From a virus: 64,000 nt of DNA. The stretch is taken from IMG/VR virus record IMGVR_UViG_3300041405_000225, positions 15,834 to 79,833 of that record, one strand, 5' to 3'. Positions 29,151 to 39,379 of this stretch are shown here, in pieces. The position numbers and the translations under genes were made by a program. Positions within the stretch are counted from its first letter, which is position 1; each line of letters opens with the position of its first letter. The notes beneath the pieces were generated by a model. It saw nothing but the letters and a program-made list of their open reading frames with translations, was not told where the DNA came from and did no database searches.

Positions 29151-30194
29151 CTACGCGGTCAGTCGGTTTTTAAAATCGCCACCCACCAGTTGCCCGAGCT
29201 TTGCTCTGGCCTGTTTGGCGACGTCGGTTATCTCGGACTTGGCGCCAGCCTTGATTGCGGGCGGCGCGACTTGAATAGGGGCTGCATTGGCAGCGGTGGC
29301 CACGGCCTTTTCGGCGCTCTCGCGGCGCAGGCGCTGTTTTTCCTGCGCTTGGGCTTTCACCACGTAGGATTCACAGTGGCGCAGTAGGGAGGCGATCGGG
29401 TGGCAGTTGTCGGCAATGGATGGCGTCTTGACCGCTTCGACGTAATACCGGGCGGTGAGGGGCGCGATGTCCTGCCCAATGCGCTCGACAAGCTTGGCCA
29501 TCTGTCCGCCGATCGTGGCGTTGTAGATCGGCCACTGGCGGTATTTGGTGTTGAACGCGATGGCATACGCCAGCCAGGCCGCAAAAGTTTTGCTCTTCGG
29601 GCTCTGCGGGTAGTTGGCCGGCGCCAGCGCCAGCGCCTTTCGCTCTTCGTCACTCAGCGAGCAGTCGTCGTTCGCTCCCGCAGGGTCGTCGGTGAGGTTT
29701 TTGACTGCTCTTTCAATGCTAACTGCTTGTTTATTATTAACTAAAGCGTCCGGGTTAGCCGTATCCGGTTGAGCCGTATTCGGCGAATCCTCACTCGGTG
29801 CCACCGTTTCCGGCAAATCCGTAACCGGTTCGCCCTTGCTCTTTTTCTGGCTCGCGATGAACAACGCACCAGCATCAAGATCCGGGTTTTCGGATACTTC
29901 GTAGGTCATCCCCTGGAAGGTGCCGCCCTGTCGGTCGTAGTGGCGGACCACGTAACCGGCCATTTGCAGTTCCTTGAGGATGCCATACACCTTGTCGCGG
30001 CCCGATCGCTTGCCCAAGCAATTACGCGTACGGGCCAGCAAGTCTTCAACGCGGACTTCCCAGTGATCCGGCTTGCTCAGCAAATACACGAGCATGCCGC
30101 GGGCTTCCCAGCTCAATCGGTTGTCTTCGATTGTGGTCGTGGGCAGGACGTAGAACTGGCTTTTACGAGCGGCGCGAATGATGCTCATCAGCAC
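29151..30194 (-). CDS. Phage-type replication initiator (wHTH), probable lytic replication
   Basis: EDNRLSWEARGMLVYLLSKPDHW...GRDKVYGILKELQMAGYV. Confidence 0.7.
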   Translation of the reverse strand: MLMSIIRAARKSQFYVLPTTTIEDNRLSWEARGMLVYLLSKPDHWEVRVEDLLARTRNCLGKRSGRDKVYGILKELQMAGYVVRHYDRQGGTFQGMTYEVSENPDLDAGALFIASQKKSKGEPVTDLPETVAPSEDSPNTAQPDTANPDALVNNKQAVSIERAVKNLTDDPAGANDDCSLSDEERKALALAPANYPQSPKSKTFAAWLAYAIAFNTKYRQWPIYNATIGGQMAKLVERIGQDIAPLTARYYVEAVKTPSIADNCHPIASLLRHCESYVVKAQAQEKQRLRRESAEKAVATAANAAPIQVAPPAIKAGAKSEITDVAKQARAKLGQLVGGDFKNRLTA

Positions 30195-30636
30195 CCCCTG
30201 TTAGGTGTGCTACATGGGCAATAACGGGTCGACTCGCGCAGAAATGCCGGAAACATCCGACAAAACTGGCAAAAAGAATGATTGCAAAGCCAGGGGAGGC
30301 TTTGCTATGGGGACAATTATGGTAAAGTCGGGGCACGATGCTTCACATCTCCTAAGCAATTGGGCGATGTCTCATCTGAATCCCACGGCTGAAAGCTTTG
30401 AAAAAAAGCAGGCCTAAAGCATGGAAGGCTTTGTGGTGCAAAGGGTCTAAGCATCGGTAGTGTTAAAAAAAGAACCTTCGCTTGCAGGCGGTCCGGGTTC
30501 TTTTTTTTTGCCTCTAATTCGGTGATTCAAAGGATAAGCTGCGCGCTGTATACCATACAGGCTTAGTGCCAGCCAATTAATCCCTTATCCCCGGACATTG
30601 TAAATACTGTTCTTTTGAACAGCCCTCCTATTTTCG

Positions 30637-31116
30637 TCATCCCCGAGGGAGCTTTTTGAGCTTCCCCATCGTCTTCTGATAGAAGGCTTCTGAAACACCT
30701 CTGAGCCCCAAACAGGCTTGCTCAAGCTGCTCGAAATTGCGCTTGCCCACCACGACCGGCACACCTTCGCCGCGTGCATCAGCCATGCGCTTCAGCCGTC
30801 GCGCGCGATTCAGAGACGCACGTAATTCCGGGTAGGGATAAGGCTGGTCCAAATAGCCGAAAGGCAGGCCTATAGCCTCTTCTACCTTGCGTGCCAAGAA
30901 CTCAGGGAACCCGCCTTTGGCTTGCATAGCCTGGGTGATCTGGTTTGCGATCGCATGACATTCAGCGTCCGGCAAATGCGACAGCAACGCGCGCATACCC
31001 CTCGGACTGTGCAGGTCTGAATACAAGCTAAATCGTTGCTGTCGTGCCCGCTTCCCGGCGTCAACCGCTTCCCTCGCGGTAGTGGCGCCTTCAAACACTT
31101 CTAGGTTCATGCTCAA
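30637..31116 (-). CDS. CI-like HTH regulator
   Basis: ARKVEEAIGLPFGYLDQP typical of lambdoid repressor N-domains; divergent from rdgC. Confidence 0.55.
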   Translation of the reverse strand: MSMNLEVFEGATTAREAVDAGKRARQQRFSLYSDLHSPRGMRALLSHLPDAECHAIANQITQAMQAKGGFPEFLARKVEEAIGLPFGYLDQPYPYPELRASLNRARRLKRMADARGEGVPVVVGKRNFEQLEQACLGLRGVSEAFYQKTMGKLKKLPRG

Positions 31117-31156
31117 GATTCCATTGGTAAATCCATGGGTAATTTACGCGCAAGCC

Positions 31157-31182
31157 CATAAAAACGCTATTAAACTTTGACA
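31157..31182 (+). promoter_or_regulatory. CATAAAAACGCTATT operator core followed by TTGACA (-35) of the rdgC operon
   Basis: Core of the 47-bp motif in + orientation; identical core at 14592-14606. Confidence 0.6.
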
Positions 31183-31344
31183 AACCTGTTTACTCTTCTC
31201 GATCTGGAAAAGCGAGCCTCAAACAGACCTGTCCGGGGATCATTACGGACCGTACGAACAGAAGTAGACTTGAAACACAAGCCCACGCTTCCTGTTCCAG
31301 CTCGTGCGTGTTCAAGGCCATGCCGCCATCAGTAAGGAAACAGC

Positions 31345-32460
31345 ATGTTTTTCAAGAATCTCCTGCTCTACCGCCTCACCCAATCGATCGACCTGTCAGC
31401 CGACACCCTGGAAGCCGCACTGGCCACCAAACAAGCGCGGGCCTGCGCTAACCAGGAACTGACCACTTATGGATTTACCGCACCGTTCGGCAAAGGCGAA
31501 GACGCTCCACTGGTACATGTCAGCGGCGACTTCCTGCTGATCAGCGCTCGCAAGGAAGAACGAATTTTGCCGGGCAGCGTTGCACGTGATGCCGTCAAGG
31601 AGAAGGTCGAAGAGATCGAGGCCGAGCAAATGCGCAAGGTCTACAAAAAAGAACGCGACCAGATCGAAGACGACATCATTCAGGCCTTCCTGCCGAGGGC
31701 ATTTATCCGCCGATCGGCGACCTTCGCCGCCATCGCGCCGAAGCTGGGTCTGATCTTCGTCAACTCGGCTAGCCCGAAGCGCGCCGAGGATCTGTTGTCG
31801 ACCTTGCGCGAAGTTATCGGCTCACTGCCGGTACGCCCACTGACGGTGAAGATGTCACCAACCGCCAGCATGACCGACTGGCTGACGACACAGAAAGCCG
31901 CTGATGACTTCTTTGTTCTCGATGAGTGCGAGCTGCGCGACACCCATGAAGACGGCGGTGTTGTCCGCTGCAAACGTCAAGACATGACCGGCGATGAAAT
32001 TCAGACTCACCTGAGCACCGGGAAAGTTGTCACTCAGCTGTCCATGGCCTGGCAGGACAAGCTGTCGTTCGTGCTCGACGACAAGCTGGTGATCAAACGC
32101 CTGAAGTTTGAAGACTTGCTGGTGGATCAGGCGGAACAGGACGGCGGCGACGATGCCCTTGGCCAACTGGATGCCAGCTTTACCCTGATGATGCTGACCT
32201 TCGCCAACTTCATTCCGGCGCTGCTGGACGCGCTGGGCGGTGAAGAGACCCCCGACGGTCTGGCCAGCACCAACGTCCCCGAAGATGAATTGCTGCCCGA
32301 GGCGATCGCCTTTGTGCGTGTTTCGCGCCGCGCAACTGTCGCCGCCCTTCAGCGCCATTTCCACATCAACTACAACCGTGGCGCTCGCCTCATAGAGCGA
32401 ATGCAGGCCAATGGCGTTGTCAGCCCGGCCAACGACAAAGGCGCCCGAACCGTTTTGTAA
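31345..32460 (+). CDS. rdgC: Recombination-associated protein RdgC with C-terminal FtsK-gamma domain
   Basis: [11 protein letters not shown]...KEERILP...FLPRAF; C-terminus [23 protein letters not shown]. Confidence 0.9.
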   Translation: MFFKNLLLYRLTQSIDLSADTLEAALATKQARACANQELTTYGFTAPFGKGEDAPLVHVSGDFLLISARKEERILPGSVARDAVKEKVEEIEAEQMRKVYKKERDQIEDDIIQAFLPRAFIRRSATFAAIAPKLGLIFVNSASPKRAEDLLSTLREVIGSLPVRPLTVKMSPTASMTDWLTTQKAADDFFVLDECELRDTHEDGGVVRCKRQDMTGDEIQTHLSTGKVVTQLSMAWQDKLSFVLDDKLVIKRLKFEDLLVDQAEQDGGDDALGQLDASFTLMMLTFANFIPALLDALGGEETPDGLASTNVPEDELLPEAIAFVRVSRRATVAALQRHFHINYNRGARLIERMQANGVVSPANDKGARTVL

Positions 32461-32513
32461 CAGCACTGCCCGGCGGGCCTCTGGTCCGCCATAACGCCAA
32501 GGATTAGCGAAAA

Positions 32514-32777
32514 ATGATCGTGATTGTTGATGGCCGCCGCGACACCAGCAGCGGAGAGAAACCCAATAAGCCTGTGAAGTGGACCGGTAATTTCGTGGTC
32601 GCAGATTCGTCAGGCAACGCCATTGAGGCCGCATGGGAACCAAACGGCGTGCCTCGCATGAACTACCAAGGGGCTCGTAACCGAGCGTCACAGCTGGTCG
32701 CCAGCCTGACCGCCCGCCTCTTCGAACAACACAAGCAGCCTATCCGCAAGGTGGCTTACACACTGACATCGCGATGA
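32514..32777 (+). CDS. Hypothetical protein
   Basis: Operon with rdgC. Confidence 0.55.
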   Translation: MIVIVDGRRDTSSGEKPNKPVKWTGNFVVADSSGNAIEAAWEPNGVPRMNYQGARNRASQLVASLTARLFEQHKQPIRKVAYTLTSR

Positions 32778-33253
32778 GTTTTTACGAGATCGATGGTACC
32801 GACTTGCGGCTGCCCCAGTTCATGGTGTCGCCGCAGGTGGGCAACCGCATACAGAGCGGAAAGGCACGGCTGATGATCATCCCGTTTCGACCTCAGCCGT
32901 CTGTTTGCGCGTCCACTCTCGAGAGCCTTGGCCTTCAATCAGTGACCGATCGCGACTTGCTGGGCGCTGCTCGTTTGGCCTTCAACCTGGGGCTAATTCC
33001 GCCGCCAATCCGGATGGGATATGCCTTTGAACTAAAGCACGAATTCGTACCTGAAAAGACTCACAAAGTAGGTACGGGGATAGTCGAAAAAATGGGCATA
33101 ACAAGGCTGCTGGATATAACCGCAAAGCACTGGCGCTTGTGTGGCTACTCCAACCGCGAAGACTTCAACACCTATTGGCACCAGGCAGCTGCTGACATGA
33201 GTGAGCACCCTAACCCTTGGTGCTGGCTGATCGAATTCAATTTCAAGGGGTAA
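32774..33253 (+). CDS. ASCH/PUA-like phage protein
   Basis: RLLDIT...NPWCWLIEF. Confidence 0.5.
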   Translation: MSFYEIDGTDLRLPQFMVSPQVGNRIQSGKARLMIIPFRPQPSVCASTLESLGLQSVTDRDLLGAARLAFNLGLIPPPIRMGYAFELKHEFVPEKTHKVGTGIVEKMGITRLLDITAKHWRLCGYSNREDFNTYWHQAAADMSEHPNPWCWLIEFNFKG

Positions 33254-33256
33254 GCC

Positions 33257-33550
33257 ATGGAAACGCCAGTAATCGCAGCTCTACTGATCCACGTCATCTG
33301 GCTCGCCCGCTCCTACAAGCACGTTAAGCCGATGATTGAGAAGTGGGTACGTACCACCAGCGCGATCAGTTCACTGATCCTCACCACTGCTTTGTTCTGC
33401 TTGATCTACATTCAAGTGAGTGAGTTGGCACGGAGAAATATTTATTTCGGGGCTGATTCAGTGAGCCGACAGGTTGTAAGCGTCATATCTTCCCCTGACA
33501 ATTCAGTTTGTTACGTGGAAATGCGATCACTTGACGATAACGGTAAATGA
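33257..33550 (+). CDS. Small membrane protein
   Basis: Hydrophobic segments, lower GC. Confidence 0.45.
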   Translation: METPVIAALLIHVIWLARSYKHVKPMIEKWVRTTSAISSLILTTALFCLIYIQVSELARRNIYFGADSVSRQVVSVISSPDNSVCYVEMRSLDDNGK

Positions 33551-33858
33551 CAACTACCGTTTGTCGTCTATTTTAAGCTCTATTGGAACTTACTCTAACG
33601 CTTGCTACCTTAAGCGAGTGTGGGGCGCAGTGTGGGACTGAGTTTTTCTGGCGTCAGGAAAACCCTTATTTCACAAGGCTTACAGGCCATACATACCGGG
33701 GATACACCATCCCCGTAGCTTTCGGTAAAATCTGCGCCACTTATCCTAATGAAGTACGGATCGGGAAAATTTCCCTTACCCCTGTCACTCGGTCCGAGAA
33801 TGGAAGCTGCAAGCAATGCGAACCCAAGCCGTTACACCCTGCAAAAAGGTCGAATACT

Positions 33859-35067
33859 ATGCCGCTCGCTCAAAAGGTTATCGCGACGATAACAGTCCCC
33901 GGCGTCTATGCCGATAAGAACGGACTAAGCCTCAAGGTTAGGCCCACTGGCACAAAATCGTGGGTACTACGCTATCAACTCAATGGCGAACGCCATGACA
34001 TCGGCTTAGGGTCATTTCCCGATATCAGCCTGGCCGACGCGCGCAAGAAAGCAATGGAATTTCGCGTTCAGATCAACAAAGGGATAGATCCACTGGAGCA
34101 ACGCAAGGAAGCGACAATTGCCGCGGTTACCGTTGAAGATGAAGCGCTGACCTTTATTGAGCGACATCGTGCAGGGTGGTCGGACAAGCACGCCACACAG
34201 TGGCTGAATTCGCTGACTGAGTATGTGTTCCCCGTCATCGGCAGCATGCCGATCGCCACCGTGGACACACCCGACGTCATCAAGGTGCTCGATCCGATTT
34301 GGCTGCAAAAACCTGAAACAGCGCGCCGGGTCCGTAACCGCATGGAGCGGATATTCGATCACGCCAAGGCTCACGGGCACCGCAAGAACAGCGAAAACCC
34401 GGCGCGCTGGAAAGGCCATTTGCAAAACCTCATGCCCAACAACCAAAACTCGGTTGAGCAGCTGGAAAGCATGGATTTCACGCGCCTGCCTTTCTTTATG
34501 CGTGTGTTGGAAGGGGAGGACTCCCGGGCCGCCCGCTGCTTGCAGTTCCTGATCCTGACCGCATGCCGTACCAGTGAAGCCTTGGGCGCCACCTGGAGCG
34601 AAATCGACATGATCAATCGTGTCTGGACCATTCCAGCCGAGCGCATGAAGAACGGCGAAGAGCACCAGATACCGCTGAGTGAAGAGGCTATGCAGGTTCT
34701 ACGCGACACTGGAACCCGCGGCAGAAGCGAGATCGTTTTCCCAGGCACGCGATCGACGACCATGTTGCCGGATAACTCGCTGCGCCGACTTTTGCGTAAA
34801 TTGAAAGAGGACTGCACACCACACGGTTTCCGGGCAACCTTCCGCACTTGGGCGTCTGAGAAAACGGCTTTTTCGCACGAGCTGTGTGAAATATCGCTGG
34901 CCCACGTTGTCGGCAATGCTACATCGCGCGCCTACGTCCGTGGTAACCAGTTGGAGAAGCGCCGACCGCTGATGTCCCGCTGGTCGAAGTACGCTATGGA
35001 CCGTGTAACACCGCATCACCCGATCATGGGAAAACAACCTACGCCCGAGCAAACAACATTTATATAA
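33859..35067 (+). CDS. int: P4-family tyrosine integrase
   Basis: Arm domain GLSLKVRPTGTKSW..GLGSFPDISLADAR; catalytic R (ACRTSE), K, HGFR, LAH and AY intact. Confidence 0.92.
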   Translation: MPLAQKVIATITVPGVYADKNGLSLKVRPTGTKSWVLRYQLNGERHDIGLGSFPDISLADARKKAMEFRVQINKGIDPLEQRKEATIAAVTVEDEALTFIERHRAGWSDKHATQWLNSLTEYVFPVIGSMPIATVDTPDVIKVLDPIWLQKPETARRVRNRMERIFDHAKAHGHRKNSENPARWKGHLQNLMPNNQNSVEQLESMDFTRLPFFMRVLEGEDSRAARCLQFLILTACRTSEALGATWSEIDMINRVWTIPAERMKNGEEHQIPLSEEAMQVLRDTGTRGRSEIVFPGTRSTTMLPDNSLRRLLRKLKEDCTPHGFRATFRTWASEKTAFSHELCEISLAHVVGNATSRAYVRGNQLEKRRPLMSRWSKYAMDRVTPHHPIMGKQPTPEQTTFI

Positions 35068-35240
35068 ATTGACACGACATTTCACATAAATTGACACCGC
35101 ACCAATCAGCCCGGCGGTCAAAAACCCGCCGGGCCATCCCCTACCGCTCTCACCTCCGTTCCCCCACGCAAAACGCCTTTTAGTGGCCTATCGCCATCAA
35201 AACCGCTATCCCCGGACCTGATTTGGCCGAAAAAGTCCGT

Positions 35241-35567
35241 TCATTGGCTTTTAGGGGTTGCCCCGTTCAAACCGCCGATCGCCGCCCCGCTTCCTTGCCC
35301 GACACGCACAGCGGCTTCCTGCTTTCCAATACAATCCAGCACCTGTGTGGCGCACTTTGTCAGTGCGTCTTCCGTCTCATCAATTGCACTGTACGGCGCA
35401 TCATTGAGCAGTAACGGCGGGCGCCCTGGCAGTCGACACGGCACCAGGCTGCACACCGGCAGCTGCGGCGCGATAAGCAGCGGGGTCGGTGGTTTCTGGA
35501 CGGGCGTAGCGCAGCCCAAGAGCAACAGGAACAGGCTGGCGGAAGTAATCAGCAATCGCTTTGTCAT
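35241..35567 (-). CDS. o-spanin (Rz1/LysC-like lipoprotein)
   Basis: Lipobox LLGC, Pro-rich, overlaps i-spanin 3' end. Confidence 0.75.
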   Translation of the reverse strand: MTKRLLITSASLFLLLLGCATPVQKPPTPLLIAPQLPVCSLVPCRLPGRPPLLLNDAPYSAIDETEDALTKCATQVLDCIGKQEAAVRVGQGSGAAIGGLNGATPKSQ

Positions 35568-35862
35568 TGCGCTTTAACTCTTCAAGGTTGCGGGATATCA
35601 GGGCGGACTGCGTGTCGAGTGTGGTATTCAGCCGCTGCGTGGTGCGGCTGACTTCCGAGATCTGCTGCTGCAACTCAGCGCGATCGGCCAAGACCCGCGC
35701 CAGCTCTTTGTTGTGTGCGTCCAGGGTGCCATTCGCTTCCGTGAGGGTAGCGACGTCCCGCAATGCCGCCTCTTTGGCCATTTGTGAGTGGTCCAACGAC
35801 CACAGCGACAGCAACGCCACCAAAACCCCAGCGCCGCCTACCGTCCAACCGATTGAAATCAT
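35401..35862 (-). CDS. i-spanin (Rz/LysB-like)
   Basis: N-terminal TM followed by coiled coil. Confidence 0.75.
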   Translation of the reverse strand: MISIGWTVGGAGVLVALLSLWSLDHSQMAKEAALRDVATLTEANGTLDAHNKELARVLADRAELQQQISEVSRTTQRLNTTLDTQSALISRNLEELKRNDKAIADYFRQPVPVALGLRYARPETTDPAAYRAAAAGVQPGAVSTARAPAVTAQ

Positions 35863-35889
35863 GATTACCCCCGGCGCCTGCGCGCTCCG

Positions 35890-36210
35890 TTACGGCTTTG
35901 CAGCCTCATCAGGTGATTGCAGCTCTTTACGGGGCCGCTCCACCGCCTTGCCGGCGACGTAACCGGTAGTGACGGACGCCAGCACCATCCCCGAAATGAC
36001 TTCCAGCGAACTGGCGATGATCCGCACCAGCTCGATGGCTTGAGCGCTGCCGTGTGCCATCCAGGCCACGCCGCCCATCACGCCACCGAACAACCCGATC
36101 ACGGCGGACAGCACAGTGACGCACAGGGCGAAGCCGAAGCGCTTCACCGACGGCCTGCCGGTGGTGCCCTCTTCAACAAATCGCCCCATCCAGCGCAAGA
36201 ATGCGTTCAT
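35890..36210 (-). CDS. Putative holin
   Basis: Two hydrophobic helices, lysis cassette position. Confidence 0.55.
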   Translation of the reverse strand: MNAFLRWMGRFVEEGTTGRPSVKRFGFALCVTVLSAVIGLFGGVMGGVAWMAHGSAQAIELVRIIASSLEVISGMVLASVTTGYVAGKAVERPRKELQSPDEAAKP

Positions 36211-36902
36211 GCGGACATGGCCCTCTGTGCGCGCTCCAGGTACACAAGGCGTTGGGACGCCCCGACCTGGCCGCCGTTGATCTTCTCGGTGATCATTTTG
36301 AAATTTCCAGCATCGGCCAGCTCGTTGAGCCCGCGCGAAAACCAGTACCAGCCCGCCGACAGCGCAGCGCCTTCGGGCAACCGCAAGTAGTCCGGTACCA
36401 GCGACAGCTCAAGGCCGACCGCCTTGCCAAACTCCAGGTGGTTCTCTTTGAAGGTCAGCTGCTTGAGTCCGGCGCCGCGGTACCGCCAGCCGTCACCACT
36501 CGCTTCAGGACCATTGCCGAACCGGTTGGCATAGGCGCTGTTGGCGATCGCTTCCGGCTTGCGCTCTATCTGCAAGGCCACAGCATTCGGCTTGTTGCGC
36601 GGCTTGCCCTCTACCATCACCTTGACGTAACCGCCCTTTCCATCCGGCACGGCGTAACGACTTGGCCAAGTGCTGGCCAGCCCGTAGGCGCTGTAGTTCA
36701 GGCCTTCAGTCACACGGATGAAGTCACCCGATTCATGGGCAATCTGCGCCAGGAACATGGTGATACGCGGGTAAGTGGTGATCTTGAAACGCCGCATGGC
36801 GGCATTGAGGGGGGCCAGGTACTTGGCGCATGCCACGCGTCCGTCTTGCGTGATGCACAGCGCTTGCAGCTGGCCCAGCGTTACCAGTTCGTTACCGGCC
36901 AT
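36207..36902 (-). CDS. GH19 endolysin
   Basis: FLAQIAHESG..EGLNYS...DGWRYRGAGLKQLT...SAGWYW. Confidence 0.92.
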   Translation of the reverse strand: MAGNELVTLGQLQALCITQDGRVACAKYLAPLNAAMRRFKITTYPRITMFLAQIAHESGDFIRVTEGLNYSAYGLASTWPSRYAVPDGKGGYVKVMVEGKPRNKPNAVALQIERKPEAIANSAYANRFGNGPEASGDGWRYRGAGLKQLTFKENHLEFGKAVGLELSLVPDYLRLPEGAALSAGWYWFSRGLNELADAGNFKMITEKINGGQVGASQRLVYLERAQRAMSA

Positions 36903-37206
36903 GAGGACTCTCCCGCTCCAGTTGTTCAACTTTGAAGCCGAGGCGAGCCACCAGCTGCTCCAGCGTCTCGTTTTTGCTTTCCAGCTTGCCCACGCGCTGC
37001 GTCAAAGCAGCCACGTCACGGTCGGCCAAGGCCTGCTTTGCAGCAATCTCCGCGATCGACAGCGCCACCTTGTCCAGCTTGTTGCTGAACGCAGTCACCG
37101 AAGAGCCGATGTTGCTGCCCAGCCAGCAGATGAAGGTGATGAACAGCACCTGCGAGGCGTTCATTACCCACTTCACCACCGGGTTTTCCCAAACCTGCGA
37201 GGCCAT
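36892..37206 (-). CDS. Membrane-anchored coiled-coil protein (holin/antiholin candidate)
   Basis: One TM plus coiled coil, upstream of endolysin. Confidence 0.5.
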   Translation of the reverse strand: MASQVWENPVVKWVMNASQVLFITFICWLGSNIGSSVTAFSNKLDKVALSIAEIAAKQALADRDVAALTQRVGKLESKNETLEQLVARLGFKVEQLERESPHGR

Positions 37207-37241
37207 ATCCCGATCCCATTACCCATAAGCACATGGCCATC

Positions 37242-37283
37242 ATTTTCGGGTAGCCATGCGCACGTTCCGGGTGGGGGTTTGCG
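37242..37283 (-). promoter_or_regulatory. Putative late promoter CGCAAA-N30-GAAAAT (lysis operon)
   Basis: Conserved motif and spacing. Confidence 0.7.
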
Positions 37284-37286
37284 CGG

Positions 37287-37538
37287 TCAGCGCCGCGGGC
37301 GACGGCTCAAGACACCGCCGAGCATGTTCAGGCCCTTGATCACGTTGTTGATGCCGCCAAGGATGGCGGACAGGCCTTTGTTCTGGTTTTCCTGGCTCTT
37401 TTTCCAATTCTGATAGGCCGAACATTCAAACAGCGCGTTGACTTCGCTAAGCGGCAGCCGGCTGGCCGTGGCCAGATCCTGGCGAAAGTACAGAGCCAAG
37501 TCCGCCTTCGTATTGATCATCTGCTTCCAGAAGCTCAC
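37287..37538 (-). CDS. Small protein, possible second tail-assembly chaperone
   Basis: GTG start with GAGGGG RBS; overlaps preceding gene by 92 nt. Confidence 0.5.
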   Translation of the reverse strand: MSFWKQMINTKADLALYFRQDLATASRLPLSEVNALFECSAYQNWKKSQENQNKGLSAILGGINNVIKGLNMLGGVLSRRPRR

Positions 37539-38289
37539 ACGCCCCTCGGCTGATTCCGGTACGAGGGTGAAATCGGGCCGGACCCAACTCAGGCACCCCC
37601 GTCGATTCGTCAGGTTCGGTTACTTGGGCCGCCAGCACGCCCTGCGCGTTGAATACCGCGTGCACAAAGTGCTGAAGTTTGAGCGAGGCCTGTGAGTAGG
37701 CGTCGAACAGCTGCACAAACTCGGTTTCCGGGCACTTCTTGAGCGCATTGATCTTCAACAGCAGCGCTTTGCTGTAGGACGCGGGATCGACGTACTCAAT
37801 CGGCGTCTCATTGACCCCACGGATACACGCCGACATCACGCCCAACTGCCAGCCGAAATAGGTCTTAGGCAATACGCCTGTCTCAACCATTGTTTCGATC
37901 GCTTCGGCTTGGTAGCCGTGCAGCGGCGTGCAGTGGTGAATATCCCCGCCGTGGTCAAACTCGACGAACTCCAGGTAGTCGGTATCCGCCAGCAGGTAGT
38001 CATGCAACCTGCCCTCGCCCAGCGCGAAGTCAGGGCCATCGTCCAGCATCGCCGCCAGGTAGAAAATCACGACGTTCATGCGCTCGTTGACGGACCACAG
38101 CAACGGATCAACCACTTGCAGCTTCCCCGCCGGGCGCGGGATGTGCTCACAGGCGGCCTTGAGGAACGCGGTGATAGTTCGCTGCGAAAAGCGGTAAGGG
38201 ATGGCGCACAGTTCCTGCACCTGGCCAATCTCCAGTTCGCGCGGTTGAACTGAAATGCGCAACGTGTGCACGGGTTGAATTGACTTCAT
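37447..38289 (-). CDS. P1 PmgB-like morphogenetic protein
   Basis: DPLLWSVNER and LKLQH motifs; follows tub. Confidence 0.55.
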   Translation of the reverse strand: MKSIQPVHTLRISVQPRELEIGQVQELCAIPYRFSQRTITAFLKAACEHIPRPAGKLQVVDPLLWSVNERMNVVIFYLAAMLDDGPDFALGEGRLHDYLLADTDYLEFVEFDHGGDIHHCTPLHGYQAEAIETMVETGVLPKTYFGWQLGVMSACIRGVNETPIEYVDPASYSKALLLKINALKKCPETEFVQLFDAYSQASLKLQHFVHAVFNAQGVLAAQVTEPDESTGVPELGPARFHPRTGISRGACELLEADDQYEGGLGSVLSPGSGHGQPAAA

Positions 38290-38990
38290 AGAGTCCCTAA
38301 CGAATCGTATTGTGTGAAAGTCAGGTTCAGCGCCGAAAACTCTTCGACAGCCCGGTTTTGCGCCACTTGGCAGCTCACTGGGACCAGAACCCACGATTTC
38401 GAATAGCCCCGGCCCTCTTCAATGGCGCCATGGGTGATGGTGAAGGTGTTGGCGTAGTCACCCGGCAGGCCGAACGTGCCATCAGGGTGAGCGTGCAGGA
38501 GCTTGAGGTTTTCAAACCATGACTTGATCTCCCCGTCCACGTCGTAGCACGTCATGGTCAGCTCTACCGGGTCGGCTCCCGTCGGTACCTGTGTGAACCC
38601 GGAGCCGATTTTTTTCGTCTCGTACCCCAACTGCACGCCGTTGTAGCTGAACTCCGTGGCCAGCAGGTTTATGCGCGGGGCCCCGACCTTGCCGATCGGT
38701 TCCACCAGCACATGCCAGAGGTTTGAGCGCTCGCGCAGGACGTCCATCGACTCCTGAAACATGGCGTACAACGTCGCCCAACTGGTACCGGCCAACGCAA
38801 CGTTGCCGCCGCCGTACTCACTGGATGCCCCAAAGAAGTTATCCATCAGGCCATTGGCGGCGCCGGACAGGTTGCCGTTGAGCAAGTTGCCGGCGATCTT
38901 GGTGTACTTGATCACCGGCGCCGACGCACTGAGAGCGCCAGCGACCTTCCCCGCCGCCTGATAGCCCAGGCGTTCGAAAATGCTGCCCAT
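38286..38990 (-). CDS. tub: P1 Tub-like tube/baseplate protein
   Basis: YETKKIGSG..PT...DGEIKSWF...PDGTFGLPGDY match P1 Tub. Confidence 0.8.
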   Translation of the reverse strand: MGSIFERLGYQAAGKVAGALSASAPVIKYTKIAGNLLNGNLSGAANGLMDNFFGASSEYGGGNVALAGTSWATLYAMFQESMDVLRERSNLWHVLVEPIGKVGAPRINLLATEFSYNGVQLGYETKKIGSGFTQVPTGADPVELTMTCYDVDGEIKSWFENLKLLHAHPDGTFGLPGDYANTFTITHGAIEEGRGYSKSWVLVPVSCQVAQNRAVEEFSALNLTFTQYDSLGTL

Positions 38991-39379
38991 CAGATGGTCA
39001 CCCACTCTTCACAGAACGCCATCTGAGGCAGCCGCAATTCGTAGTCCTGGATGCTCATTTGCACCTCGGCCACCGCCCGGCCAAACAGCTCCGCACCTTG
39101 CGTGCGTGAGGCCTCCAGCGCCATGCTGTTTTCCTTCTCCATGTACAGATCCCACAGCGGCCTGATGAGCGTTAGTTCGCTCTCGCTCAGGTCTACGTCT
39201 TGGGCCGCATTGGTGGCAATCAGCGCGTCGGCGCCCACAGGTTCACCGCTGGCCAGGTCCGCGCAGCCGTAATAAAACCGCGTGGCGCTGAGCAGATGAC
39301 GCTCAATCTGCTGCTCAGTCAGAATGCAACCGATCGGTAGCACCGCCACGTATTGGGCAACCAACGCGCTGATCTTCAT
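38990..39379 (-). CDS. Putative head-tail adaptor (PmgC-like)
   Basis: Helical; synteny before tub. Confidence 0.45.
   Translation of the reverse strand: MKISALVAQYVAVLPIGCILTEQQIERHLLSATRFYYGCADLASGEPVGADALIATNAAQDVDLSESELTLIRPLWDLYMEKENSMALEASRTQGAELFGRAVAEVQMSIQDYELRLPQMAFCEEWVTI

Noticed and set aside
30546-30560. CTGTATACCATACAG near-SOS box upstream of the phage rep gene
   Set aside because: Spacer is 9 nt, not 10
33690-33712. tRNA 3' end (…CACCA) as att core
   Set aside because: No T-arm GTTCRA; match too short
35861-35902. Eighth TGCAAA-N30-AATCAT late promoter match
   Set aside because: The -10 overlaps the apparent spanin start codon; ambiguous, not counted
37287-37560. Lambda G/T-like -1 frameshift in the chaperone pair
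   Set aside because: Second ORF is in the +1 frame, has its own RBS, and no slippery heptamer was seen
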